Shown one piece after another: positions 27,063 through 40,199 of a DNA stretch of 64,000 nucleotides (position 1 is the first letter of the stretch; every line of letters begins with the position of its first letter). The position numbers and the translations under genes are program-made. The notes below the pieces were generated by a model. The model saw only the letters and a program-made list of their open reading frames with translations, was not told the DNA's origin and searched no databases. This stretch comes from Octopus vulgaris (lineage: Eukaryota), in the NCBI GenBank assembly GCA_951406725.2, contig OX597814.1, positions 158,410,001 through 158,474,000 of the forward strand, given 5' to 3'.

Positions 27063-27494
27063 ATATATATATATATATATGCTCACACATAGATAGATTG
27101 ATATTGCCAACGTCATCTTGTATACCAGTAGATCTTAGATTGATATAGCTATACATATGTGTGTGTTTTAATATGTGTGTGAGTATGCATGGATGCATGT
27201 ATGTATATCTATATCTGTTTATATATCTATCTATGTTATTAATTAATAACAGAGCAATTCAAAGGCGGAGAGTTTCGTGCATTTGCACATACCAAAGGAG
27301 ATTCTCGGCCCTTCTCGACCATTGAATCATTCGGTTACTGCTGCCAGTTATTTATAAAAGATGTATACACTCATTTCTTGAGTTCTGTTTTATCTGTTTG
27401 TATCTATACAAGCACACGTACGCACACACGTGCGTGTGGGCGCTCGTGTGTCATATTTGTTTTGCATTATTACATTAAAGTAATGTTGAATATA

Positions 27495-28101
27495 TTGAGT
27501 TGGGGAAAAAGTAATTTCCGTTTTTCACTGTGAAAGAAAAGTCATTTATTTTTCGTAAAAAGAATGAATTATATATTCTCCATTTTCTTCGATGACCTTT
27601 TGTCCTCTTTCAGACAATTTCATGACTCTGCATTCATAGAAGTTGGGCGTGATACATTTAACCTCTCTGCAACATTTCGCACAGTTATATGACAATCAGT
27701 TTCAGTTATGGCTTTGATTCGGTCATCATCAACTTCAGTGGGTCGACTAGAATGTTGGTCATCCTTGAGTAAAAAGTCTCCAGAATGGAATTTTTAAAAC
27801 CATTTCTGACTTCTGTTAAGCAAACAACAGCATAAACTTTACATATCTCTTTGTCAGCTGCGGCACATTTCGTGCCTTTAGGGAAATTATAAAGCAAAAT
27901 ATGGGGGAAATTATCATTTTTGCTCTTCATGTTAAAATTGACACTGAACTAACAGTAATACACAAAATTATGCACATTTTGTTTCTAAAGTAAGATAAAA
28001 GTAACGGCTATTAAATGTCAAAAGGAAAAATCATAACATTTACAAAAAAATCATAACGCTATCTATTTGCGAAAAACGAAATTAGTTTCTTGCCAACCCA
28101 A
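27495..28101 (-). mobile_element. Internally deleted mariner
   Basis: TIRs TTGAGTTGGGGAAAAAGTAATTTC / GAAATTAGTTTCTTGCCAACCCAA with TA flanks. HTH region HILLYNF.KG..AA...RPTEVDDD. Confidence 0.85.
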
Positions 28102-28130
28102 TAGATGTGAATGCATGTATAGGTAATATA

Positions 28131-28991
28131 TAGTGTGTGATAGGTAAATTGACGTCATTTTATACTTTTAATTTTGCACATGCGCATTGGTTGCTTTTAA
28201 TTTTGTCGACTACATAGTATAGTATGGCCAGTTGGGCCCTGTTTGTGAGAAAATCAGCACATTGACACAATTCCCTCTGCCAGAGATTTGGAAACAACAT
28301 GCTGTACTTCTTGGCATTCGCGCCAGAAGCTCCAATGCGAACATTTCAGAGTGTTTAGGTATCAATCTGAGAACAGTACAGTCTAAGGACATGTACTGAG
28401 AGTGATAGAAATTAAACCTCCAATCAATATCATTGTGTTTGGAGTGATCACTAGAGATGGCGACGCTATGCCTCTATTCATCTTTCCACACGGCCTCAAA
28501 ATCAACACGGAGGTCTTCATCAAGTACCTGGAGGGTGTAGTGCTGCCCTGGGTGAAGAGGGTGGTTGCTGGATCACCCTATGTCTGGCAACAGGACTCTG
28601 CACCATGCTACACAAGCAGGAGGACCCAGTCATGGCTGTCAGACAATTTCTGTGACACATCACCACTAACATCTGGTCACCTAACTCCCCAGACTCCAAC
28701 CCTCTTGATTATTAAGTGTGGGTAGGGCAGTTGATACCAAAGATGAACTAAAATCAAGGATTATGGCAGTATTCACCAACTTAAACAAAGAGATCATCTA
28801 GAAGAGTTGCAGTAGGTTTCGAAGTTTCTGGAGGTCGTGGTTGAAGCCAATGACGATCTTATTGAATAAATTTACGCTTTAGCATCTCAAGATGTTTTTA
28901 TATAATTTTGATAACTGTATCTGTTAAAATAAGGCGTCAGTGTTATTTTCATTTTGCGTAATTTAGAACATAGTTTATTCACCGCACCCTG
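28131..28991 (+). mobile_element. Deleted Tc1/mariner-superfamily element (maT/DD37D-like)
   Basis: VFGVITRDG..PLFIF...WQQDSAPC.TS..TQ.WL...PNSPDSNPLDY. Right TIR ends GCACCCTG|TA. Confidence 0.85.
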
Positions 28992-29058
<67 letters not shown>

Positions 29059-29384
29059 TTATGTAAGTAAAGCAGCAAGAAAAATTCATTTAATCGAAAA
29101 GAAAAATGTAAATGCGTGTGTAGATATTCAATATACATAGTTCAACTTACAAATAAGATAGGTAGAGTGTTAAAAATATTACCGCTGATTTAAGGGACTT
29201 GCTGGTTCTGATAGATGACAGATGTTATCTATACACCAGTAATTTGAAAAATACCAACCCAATTTCTCTTCTTATTAACAACGGTATTAACTATTCCCTC
29301 AGAGCCTTTATCTGCTATCGAACCAGTTAATTCTTTAATAGCCATCCCTTATTCACTAATTTAACCTTTAACAACTGATACATT

Positions 29385-29690
29385 GTGGAGGCACATGGCC
29401 TAGTGGTTAGAGTAGCGGACTTGCGGCCGAGGGATCGCGGGTTCGAATCTTAGAACAGGTGATGAGTGTGTTTATGAGCGAAACACCTAAGCTCCACGCG
29501 GCTGCGGCAGAAGGTAAGGGTAAACTTGTGCTGACTCTTTCGCCACAACTTCTTCTCACTCTTTCCTCCTGCATCTTGCAGCTCACCTGCGACGGACTGG
29601 CGTCCCATCTAGGTGGGGAGCCTATTCGCCAAGGAAACCGGGAAATCAGCCCTATGAGCTAGGCGTTGCCCGCGAAGGAACAAACAACAA
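29385..29690 (+). mobile_element. tRNA-derived SINE with target-site duplication
   Basis: A-box TGGCCTAGTGG, B-box GGGTTCGAATC, central CCTGCGACGGACTGGCGTCCCATC motif and (AAC)-rich tail. TSD ACAACTGATACATT / ACAACTTATACATT. Confidence 0.9.
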
Positions 29691-29920
29691 ACAACTTATA
29701 CATTACCTAAACCACTTTTCCCCTCTTCCTACCACTTTCCACCTTTACTACTAACAGTAACCTCATTTTGATCTTGAAATATATTTCCTCCATCCTCCTG
29801 CCACTTTCTATCTAAACACCACCAACTCCCCTTCCTAATAAATGTAGCTCTCAATAAAATCATTTAAACTTTAACATCCATCATACCATCAATTCAAATG
29901 CAAAACATTTATATAATTTT

Positions 29921-30012
29921 TCGTCTGAGGAAGGAGTCGGTGTCATCCAATAATGAACCTTAATCTCTGTCACATATCAGGAGCATCAAGACCCCTGAAA
30001 CAACCGTAGGAC
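29921..30012 (+). ncRNA. Decayed type I hammerhead motif
   Basis: CTGAGGA-AGGAGTC...GACCCCT-GAAA-CAACCG-TA-GGAC. Core and stem II are recognisable; stem I is degenerate. Confidence 0.55.
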
Positions 30013-30299
30013 TTTTAAAACTCTACCTCGCTTATTTGTGATATCGTTTTTTTTTTATGTAAGTTGGCCTGTGTATTCCTAATATCCACACACATTTACA
30101 TTTTTCATTTCGATTAAATGTATCTTTGTGTAAATAGACATACCTAGTTTGCTTATCGTTGCTTTACTTATCTAACAGCTCAAGTTCTAATCTCTTGAAC
30201 GCTTCGAAGTGTTTCTATATATAGAGAACACCTGTCTCTAATATATATATATATGTAAATATATGTATATATGTAAATATATATGCATATATATATATG

Positions 30300-30369
<70 letters not shown>

Positions 30370-30489
30370 TATATGCACGCCCACTCATATGCATATGTGT
30401 ATATGTATATATATATAGAGAGAGATGTAGATAGATAGATAGATATGTACTGCTCAGTGTTCATGTAACTATGTTCCCTCCAGCAAATA

Positions 30490-30725
30490 AATAAGGAAAG
30501 TAATGTCCTTCCCGAGCCATAGGTTCATGAAGCCGTTTTCCTGGATTCTTTGGGGTATATATTCCCACATGGACCACTCCATTATGAGATTACTTCATTT
30601 TAGTAGCACAGTGGACTAGAGTAACGTGAAACGAAGCGTTTTTTTCAAGAAAATAACGCAATATCCAATCTAGGAAACAAAGCTACAAGCTTACGACCAT
30701 GAATGCAACATCCTACCCACTAAGC
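30490..30725 (-). mobile_element. Decayed tRNA-derived SINE
   Basis: GTGGACTAGAGTAACGTGAAACGAAG resembles the CORE-like complement seen in the other SINEs. Confidence 0.55.
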
Positions 30726-30853
30726 AAAGAGGTTCCATCAAGCAAACAGTATGTAACACTAATTGAAGCCGAGAGAATAAAGTGAGAAACTACGATTTTT
30801 TTTTTTTTTTTGGTTATTGATTTTAATACATTGGTATTAGTTATTTCCTTATA

Positions 30854-31030
30854 TCTATATATATAAAACTGTAGTTGTGTGAGTGTCTGTCCCCTTCGAT
30901 TTAGATTCCTAACTACTCCCACATTTTGCGGTGCAGTTTAACCAAATTCGGATATCTTATAGTCGTGATTCATATCGAGCCCGTCTGGCTATTAGCGCGC
31001 GTCTACGATGAGTCTACGATTTAAAAAAAA
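30854..31030 (+). mobile_element. 5' end of a non-autonomous Helitron
   Basis: Starts A|TCTATATATATAAAA, followed by a GTGTCTGTC simple repeat and a TTTAACCAAATTCGG core. Confidence 0.6.
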
Positions 31031-32567
31031 AGTAAAAGAATAAAATACATATACATACATACATAGATACATGCATACATATAATACATATTCATGTATA
31101 CACACTCTCATATATACACTTACATTCCAACATACAAACGCGTGTACAGACTCCGCTCTCACTCTCTTTGTTAAGATATCAAACACTGAATATAAATTTA
31201 TTTAGGTTGACATCTTACTGACCGTCAACTAATTAACATATAATCGCAATGCTGTAAACGTATTAAATTTTCTAAAGATGATCAATGTGTTGTTGCCTGT
31301 GAGCTAGGAATACGATTTATAACATGACAGGTCACGTTACCTAAACAGTGCATTATTGCATAGCTTTACGCCTCTAATTTGCCCATGACGTTTCTATTAT
31401 TGAATTTTGACTGCATAACTTCAAGTTCATAAACCATTTATTATTGACTTAACACTTTCAACTGCCACTTACAACGAATACATTCTAGCTTCCGAAAATT
31501 TTCAAACTACTATTGCTAATATTTTCATGTATGTGTAAATATATAAACACAAAAGTCTTATTGTGAGTGAACTTTTAATTTACGATGCAAATTTCACGCC
31601 AAGGCGATATTAGATGATAACTGTTACAGTTTTAGTGATATATGAGTGGATTTGATGATAATGCTTACTTACTGGTTTGCGTATGCGTTTATTGATTGGT
31701 TGTTATTCTCCTGTCTCTTGCGTCTGTTATATATTTTTAGTTCCTTACTCATCCTAATTTTTCTTAATATTTTAGCTAAGGCTGTTCTTTCGCCATGTTT
31801 TTTTATTTTATTATTATTTTTATTGTAATCTGTTGGCAAAGAAAGTTTGCAAGTAGGTTTAACTTTGAAACTAAATAAAGGTGCTTCGTGGTTGTTCAAA
31901 GATGATGCGGCTACTTTAATTGCAGTAAGCATTTGGGATGTGCTTGCGTATGCCTGTGTGCGTAAACATCTGGAATTTGTGTCCTTGTTTTTCTGCCTGT
32001 GCCAAGTTGATTGGCATGACTAAACTATATGAAATTGTATAAATGAATATATGTATATATAAATATATATGTGTGTGTCGGGTGTGTGTTTGTGTTTGTG
32101 TGTGTGCGCGCGCGTGTGTGTGCGTGTATGTGCAAGTGTTTGCGTGTATGGTTGTCCTGATGTGTATCATCGAGTTTCGAGTTTGGACCATTTTTCTTGA
32201 TGAATTTTTTTGCTGACCGCAACATATCATTTACTTCCTCTTTACTAGAGTGTCTATGTGCTTCGTGCGATTTTTATATTTTTCTGTGATGCACAGGTGA
32301 CATTCTATTATTTACTATCTTAAATTTGTCATTATACTGCTGTCTACTGATGCTCAGATGTATTTAGACCGCAACATTGAATTTCTTTAGGATAGGTTTC
32401 GGTATGTGTGCATGTTGTGTGTTATGTGCATTGGTCTACGAAGATTTCACATGCAGCGTCGAGGAAGTATTTTTCGGTTTGTTCAAAGTTTTGGCATTTG
32501 CTATAAAAGCAATGCTTGTTTGGAAGCAGTTTCCTTGTCCCTTTTCTGATGGAATTACATAAATTTG

Positions 32568-32816
32568 AAAGAATGTTAATACATGCATACGATCATTTCA
32601 AACAGCAATATTAACATGTAAATTCATGTAAGCTCTTTATTTTCATAAGGATAAATATGTATATCAGAAAATCTTGTTTGTTTCAACTTCTTGCACTGAG
32701 GAGAACAGTGATATGTAATTCATTTAATTTAACCAAATTAATTGAATTATTCTACCACGAATTTACATGTTAATATCACTGTTTGAAATGATTGTAAGCA
32801 TGTATTAAAATTCTTT
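32568..32816. repeat. Inverted repeat, 61-bp arms (MITE/foldback-like)
   Basis: 32568-32628 is the reverse complement of 32756-32816 with about 6 mismatches. Confidence 0.8.
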
Positions 32817-33073
32817 ATTTATTAATTTCTATAGAATACATTTTCCATAAAATTCACATAACAGACCATATATTTATATATATATGAGTGTTCAATTTAT
32901 AGGAGAAATCCAGGGAAATAATTAGAAGGTAGCCAAATGTCGCTTAAGTGTCCCAGGATTCAATGATCTCACTTGTATGGGAGATAATTCCGGGAAGAAG
33001 CGAAACGTATTTAGAACATAGGAAAAATTGGAAATAGAGACAAACGCTCAAGATGTTAAAGCATTTATATCTT

Positions 33074-33169
33074 TATATTATCTACATGTGTTTCGATGGA
33101 TGCATTCAAAATACATCCCACAGAATGAATAATGTTGAGCAATGCATCAATCTTATCAGGAAGGATATA
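33074..33169 (-). ncRNA. Type I hammerhead motif with core substitution (CUGAUAA)
   Basis: TATATCCTTC-CTGATAA-GATTGATGCATT...AATGCATCCATC-GAAA-CACATG-TA-GATAATATA. Stem II is 12 bp with one mismatch. Confidence 0.65.
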
Positions 33170-33232
33170 AACAATAGTACTCATCAAATAGACATTCTAA
33201 TTAACTGATTTGAGAAACTCCAATATATGTTA

Positions 33233-33290
<58 letters not shown>

Positions 33291-33293
<3 letters not shown>

Positions 33294-34170
33294 GGGTTGG
33301 ACAAATTAATGGAAACACCTAGCATCATGGCATCATAATTTTGAAATATTTATAAAACCGTCAAAAGCTTGTATACTTTTATGCTTTTGATTTATCATTA
33401 GTGTTGCTTAATATGTTTTGCTAAAATTGCTGTTTCTTTTCAGATATCATCAGAAAAAGGTAATTAAAATTCATTAAAATAACCGATCTAACAGACTTTC
33501 AAAGAGGTCAAATTGTCGGTGCTCGTATGGCAGGCGCTAGCGTAACGAAAGCAGACGAAGTGTTTGGTGTACCAAGAATTACTGTCTCGAAAGTAATGAC
33601 ACCCTTTAGGAAAGAGGGTAAAACCTGCTCGTCGGAACAAAACTCCAGAAGAAAACCAAAACTTTCAGATAGGGACCGTCGGACTCTTACGCGAATTGTT
33701 AGAAAGGATCACAAAAGTACAGCCCTCAAAATTACGGCAGAGCGTAATGAACCCCTCGAGAAACCAGTTTCCACAAAAACTGTTCGACGGGAGCAACACA
33801 GAGCTGGATCTCATGGAGGGCTGGAATTAGAAAACCACTACTTTCAAAAACAAACGCTGCAAAGCGTTTGGAGTACAGTAAAAACCTACAGAATTGGTCC
33901 CTAGAGCAGTGGAAAAATTTTATTTCCTCGGGCGAATCATCCTTTATCTCATTTCAAACCACCGGCCGAGTAGACGTGTGGAGACAGGCAAAAGAAGCAA
34001 TGACCTAGACTGCCTTTTTCCAACTGTCAAACAAAGATCTGTGATGATCTGGGAGGTGGGGTATATCTTGGAAATCCGAGTGCCCAACGGTTTCCCTTTA
34101 TGGCAGAAGTTAAAGTCATGACTATTTAAGCATTTTATCTGATCCAATTCATCCTATGGTTGCGGAACCG
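33291..34170 (+). mobile_element. Tc1-like element, 3'-truncated
   Basis: TIR CAGGGGTTGGACAAATTAATGGAAACACC and TDLTDFQRGQIVGARMAGASVTK HTH. Same family as 62739-63997. Confidence 0.9.
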
Positions 34171-37100
34171 CTTTATGCCTATTTCCTCAATGCATTTGTT
34201 CAAATCATTATAGATAGTTCCCAATGCACCTATAACTACTGGGATGCATTTTACCCGCACTTTCCATAAGCTCTGTAATTCAATAGCAAGGTCCTGGTAC
34301 TTTGCTATTTTTTCTTTTCTATACTTCTCATGTTAATGTCTTCATCAACTGGGACTGTAAAGTCAATTATCTGGCACTTTCTATTCTCTTTATCTATTAC
34401 TGCCAAATCAAGCCTTCTAACTTTTATTATTCTGTCAGTCTGAATGTTAAAGTTCCATAACATCTTACATTCCTTACTTTCTAGTACTTCGCTAGGTTCA
34501 GGTTCATACCATTCATCAGTATGTTCAAATCCTAGCTTTCTAAATAGTTTCAGTGGATTACTCTCCCTAGATTGTCATGTCTTTTCTTGTATTCTTTCTG
34601 TGCCAGTAATTCTTTCCTCTTTTGATTTGCATAATCTACATTGGGAGTATACTTGATTTTGTACATCTTGGCTTTTATCCAATTAGTCCTTAATGCTTGA
34701 TTTTGAGCAGCTACTAACAAACTTTCTTTCTTCCTCTTCAGCTTCCCTTTCTGCAACCATAACCATGTCTCACTACTATTATTTGCTGCAACTATCTTTA
34801 GGAATCTACCACGCAACTCCTTCTTCTGTCAATCAGATAATTTCTCATCTTTGTTTGGGTTTTTAATTTTGTTTGGGTTTTTGGTTTCCATATGTCTTGC
34901 TGTGAATCTAGCACCTTTTAATAATTTTTTTATTATTACCTACATAGGATTCTATATCTACTCTAGCTAACTTCACGCAATCTTCCACTGATATTAACCC
35001 TCTTCCGCCTTCCTGTCTTCTTAAGTATAATCTTACTACTCCTTCCCTCAGGTGGAGCCCTCCATTCATATTGAATTCCTTCTAAGTTCTTCTGTCCAGA
35101 TTTGCTAATTCAGTTTTTGTCCAACCTACAAAAGCCACTGAGTATATAAGTAATGATATTGCCCAAGTATTTACAGCCTTCACAAGATTCGGACCATTTA
35201 GCCTTGACGTAATTAGCTTCCTCACCCTTCTGATATATTCATTCTCAATTTTCGTTTTCATCTCTGTCGATGGTACTCTATCAGATTCTAATATTCCTAG
35301 ATACTTATAACTCCTTTCAAAGATTTTAATGTTTGGCCATATGGAAACTGTATTCCTTCGCTGCTACCCGTCCCCTTGTTACGACTAATATTGCTCACTT
35401 ATCTATGCTAAATTCCACGCCTATATCTTTACTGAAGTGTCTTACATTCTGTATTAAGGAATCTATCTCTTTTTCATTCTTACTAAAAAGCTTCAGATAA
35501 TCCATGTATTGCAAATGGTTAATTTTCCCCCTGCCTTTGCCTTCCTTCCTTAATACTAAACTGAGGGAGATCAAACTTAATACAAATATTAAAGGGGACA
35601 ACGAGTCCCCATGGAAAATTCTTCTTTTGATATTAACTTTTCCTAAAATTGTATCACCCGAGTAGAGATCTACTTTCCATTTCTTCATGCTACTGCTAAG
35701 TAATTCTTTTATGTTGTCTGTTATACTGAATATACTCAAACATTCACTTATCCATGAGTGTAAAATCATATCATAGGCTTTCCTATAATATATCCACGCC
35801 ATTGTTAAATTTTTCTTTCTAGCTTTTACTTCATCTACAATTGCTTTGTCTATGTATAAAAGATCATGCATTTCTCTAGCCTTCTTCCTGTTGCCTTTCT
35901 CTTCTTCTGGCAGTAAATTTTGGTTGTCAAAGTACTCATAAATACTTTCTGAAAGTATTCCTGTTAACAGCTTCTACTCTAATGATAAGCAAGTTGTTGG
36001 TCTATAGTTGTTAGCTATATTACCCTTGCTCTTATTTTTCATGATAAGTATTGTCCTTCTCTAGTCATTCAATCTAGTATTATTCCTACATTAAGGCAAT
36101 TCAGAAGTTGTTCTCTCAGCCACCCATGCAAACTACTAAATTACTTTAGCCAGTATCCTTGAACTAAATCTGGTCCTAGGCCCTTCCAATTCGACATTTT
36201 CCCAACACTTTACTTATTAATGCATTAGATAGGCTTAGATCTGGCTGTTTCTCACTACTTCTCTCACATTCTTTAACCATACTGCATCTCCTTCATGATT
36301 GACTGACCTATCCCAAATGTTACTCAAGAACGTTCTTGCTTCTTCTGCATTAGGGTTCTCATCTTCAGTACTTCGTTCTCCGCTATTCATTTGATTATAA
36401 AATCTCCTCTGATCTGTCTCAAATAATCTATTCTGTTAATACCGATCTTTTTTGTGATATCCGGATAGCTTGCCTGCTAACACGCTGTTTCATCTCTTCT
36501 ATTACTGTCCTAAATTCTTTCCCTTTGACTAAGTATCTTTTCTCAAGGGAAGATTTGCATCTTGTTCTTCCTAGCTTGTACAGTTTCCAGGCTTCTATTC
36601 TACTCAGATCTTGTCTTAAAGTCTTGACTTTATTTTGTAGTCCCCTTTTCCACATTTTCTCTTTTTTATTCTTTACCTGTAAGGTATATAATCTTCTGAT
36701 GACTACCCCTCCTGCATAGAACTATAACTTAGTGTCTCCTGTATTTTTAGTATCTATCCTACTGATAACAGATGATAGATTCTGTTATTTCTAGTAGCTT
36801 CCTTCTGTTGGTGACTTTTACTACTGGCAGTCTGTTTCTTACTTCTTTAACTCATTACTTCCTGCATCTCATCTGAAATCTTCTGTTCTCCTTCACTTAA
36901 ATCACTTAAGTCGCTGGTGTCAGTTGTCTCTTTCTTATTGGTAGCATTATTATTATTATTTTCGTTTAGATTCTTCTTTTGGTTTGAGCTGTATCTCTTA
37001 TGTTGTTGTTTGTCTTTCCTACTGCCTAGTCTTTCTTTTCCAGTTCTCTTGTGATCTCTGCTACCTCCAATTCTGTGATCCCCTTTCTTCTCCTAATAGC

Positions 37101-37390
37101 AATAGCTTGATCAACTAATCTCTGCTCAGTAACTTTAAACAAACCCTTCTCTACCCAAAGTGTTAATATCCGTTTTCTATAGCCCCGTTTTCTATGTTCA
37201 CTTTCTTAACTAGCACTGCATCACTATCCTATTTTCTCTCTCCTTGTTCTATTATCTGTTGATGCCGTATTAAGATAACAGCTGTGGTCAGTCTGTATCT
37301 TTACTGAACCACTACCGAGCGAGAGTCCTTCCCTTAATGATCCAGCTTCATTTTCACTGTTTCTCGCAACTGCTGTCTCTCTTAAACTAA
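34171..37390 (-). mobile_element. Near full-length decayed R4/Dong-like non-LTR retrotransposon (RT plus RLE endonuclease)
   Basis: EQRLVDQ N-terminus; NYRPTTCL, AWIYYRKAYD, IFHGDSLSPLIF, HLQYMDYLKL and YKYLGI RT motifs; AAQNQAL, YKKRHD, IIDFTVP, KYQDL and VVIGALGT RLE motifs. Confidence 0.92.
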
Positions 37391-38214
37391 GGTATGGTAA
37401 TGTTCATCACGAACGTCATCACCACCATTATTTTTCGACATCTGAAAGTTTCAAGCCACTTTCTATTGCATCATTTGTTGCACCTTTATGCTGGTGGGGT
37501 GGGGTGTGCCGCATTTTTTGTGGTGGTAGGGGGATATTTTATTCCATCTCAGAAAACTGAAAGATGTTCCTTATATGGAGTACATATATACAAAAAACAG
37601 ATTCTCCCAGATGAACCGCTACAGAAACATGTGCGTAAAAATGTAAACACATTTACATTTTACATACGAAAACTGCAAACCTGTGAGCAAAGTTTTAAAT
37701 TTTACATGTTAGTTACATATACATCCATATTTATACAAGACCTCTATATATATATGCACAGTGCTATTTCTTCTCGGTCTCTTGCTGATACATCAATAAT
37801 AATTATAATTATAACTACGAAAGAAATATCAACACATGCCCATAGCCGGTGTTCAGTTAAAAACAGGAAACACTGTAAAAACGGAACCCATAACAAAACC
37901 AACCAAAAAGAAAGAACAGTGGACTGATAATCGTAAGTGCTATGAAATAGTTGATTTATGATTTTCACACACTACTATGCAACACGCCGACCCCCCACCC
38001 ACCCGCCAAAAATCATACAATAATAAACTCATACTGTAAATACTCAACAAAATGAGCAAAACTCGCAGCCTGTGCCATAGAAGACCGATACCCGACAGAA
38101 GAACACAAACTGCTTTGTTCAAACAAAACGCAATACAAAAACTAATACAACAGAAGACTCAAACCAAACCCATAACAGTGTTGTTGTTGTTTTCGTCGTT
38201 GTTGTTGTTGTCGT

Positions 38215-38620
38215 TAAGGCGGCGAGCTGTCAGGATCGTTAGCACGAAGGGCAAAATGCTTAGCAACATTTCGTTCTTCGTCTTTCGCTCTAATTACTCC
38301 AAGGTCAATTTTGCTTTTCATTATACGGGGATAGATAAAATAAGTACCAGTTGAATACTAGGTAATCGATATGCCACCTTCCCCGGTATTGAAATCATTA
38401 TTATTGTTATTATTGAGACGGTGAGCTGGCATAATTGGTAGCATGCCAGAAAAAAAAAAAGGCTTAGCAACTGTCCGTCCGTCTGTATGTTCTGCGCTTA
38501 AATCCCATCGTGGTTGAATTTGTTATTCATTGGGCTTGATAGAGTAAGTATTAGTTGAGCACTGTAGTCGATGTAATTGACTGCCCTCTCTCGCAAGATT
38601 TCAGACCGTGTGCTTGTAAT
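38215..38620 (+). mobile_element. Two tandem decayed SINEs with Nin-domain-like centre
   Basis: GGCGGCGAGCTG...GCTTTTCAT...GATAAAATAAGTACCAG pattern, occurring twice. Related copies at 47007-47170, 54980-55090 and 5080-5290 (-). Confidence 0.7.
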
Positions 38621-39195
38621 AGTATGGATTATTGTTATCATTATTGCTATGTTGTGACTGCTATCGTTTTTTCTTTGATGTCGTTGTTGTCATCGTTGCT
38701 GTCGTTGTAATTATCCTCCCCTCATCCGTCCTCACCATCATCTTCATTTTCATTATCATCTTCGAATCCAGTTGCATTAGTCTAACACATTGCTTACTTT
38801 TGAAATGTATCTATATTTCCTTTTCATTTTCTGTATGGAGATTTGAAATTGTACTTGTTAAGTGTGTTCAAAACATTCTCCGGGAAAAAAAAGAAGGTTA
38901 AACACTCCTAGAGTCTTCCTTAATTAGAGAAGGCACAGGGAATTTCCTTCCTCGTTTGTCTGCTATTACAGTTTAACCATTTCATATAAAAATACCAAGC
39001 GATGACATTTGAAGTGAGAGGAGCGATAGGAAGCAGACATCACAGCTAATAGTTGTTGCTCAGATCCTGCTACTTATTTTGAATTTTTCTCTAATCAAAG
39101 GGAAAATAATTATTTCGTCCGAAAAAATTTTAAAAGAAATATTGCATTATCATTATCATTATCATTATCATCATCATCAGCAGCAGCAGCATCAG

Positions 39196-39236
<41 letters not shown>

Positions 39237-40199
39237 CCGCCAACTTCTATAATGCTATCATAAACAGCAACAACAACATGCCAATAACAAGAGGAAGACA
39301 AAAATAAAGACTAGTAATAATACCCATTGCATTAATTTAAATGAAAGATTTTTGCTCCTGTAATTCTCAATGGATTGCAACAAAATAACAACAAATGAAA
39401 CAACAATGATGATAACATTGGCCCCAACCAGGCTTCCAGAATAGCAACATTGACCAGATAAATTATTTCCCCCACTTTGGAGGAGCCAGAAACACAAAAA
39501 CCAACATTTTCTACATTATCCACCACCGCTGGCATCAGGCTATTACGAAGAAATATCGACCTGAAGGGCCTTAAATAATGTCTCGAAACTTATGCCCTGC
39601 CATTGTTCCAGAGCTCATTGGCAGTTAGAGATAATCTATACAGGCACAGTGATGCCACCAATCAGGTCTGTCCAAGAGAAGCGTCGACCGACGTCATCGT
39701 CGTTTTACGTGCATTTGTTTGATTGACAATCATTTTCTGACTGGAGAAGACTTGTTGACTAATTGTTGTTGCATGAGAATGTGTTTGGCTTGGGACTGAG
39801 TTCATTCTGAAAACTACCCACTACCTTGCTTTGACCGGGAATGAAGGAATGTTTCCTTTTGTTCAATGGTTACAGTGAAAGAAGTTGCTCGGTGGACGCA
39901 ACTAAAAGGGCTGAAAAGAATACTTTGAGGATTTTTTTCAAATTTGAATTGGAAACGTTTTAGATAATTAAAATTATTTTGTTATGGAATAACGAAAGTA
40001 CTTCCCGCGGATATAATCCCGAACATAAAATAGTAACAAAACAAAAATACTTAGGTTTGATATCGCAGACAATTAAAGCGGAAAAGTGAATCAATATAAC
40101 CATGTCAAATGAAATAATATATTTTGCAGCCTTTCAGTTTACAATGAAAAGTGGGTACTTCTGCAATTGTACTTATATAAGTGCAGTTGTACTTATATA

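Noticed and set aside
29385-29460. tRNA-like sequences with A and B boxes (also 1207, 3420, 6240, 59380)
   Set aside because: They are SINE heads without a complete cloverleaf, not tRNA genes.
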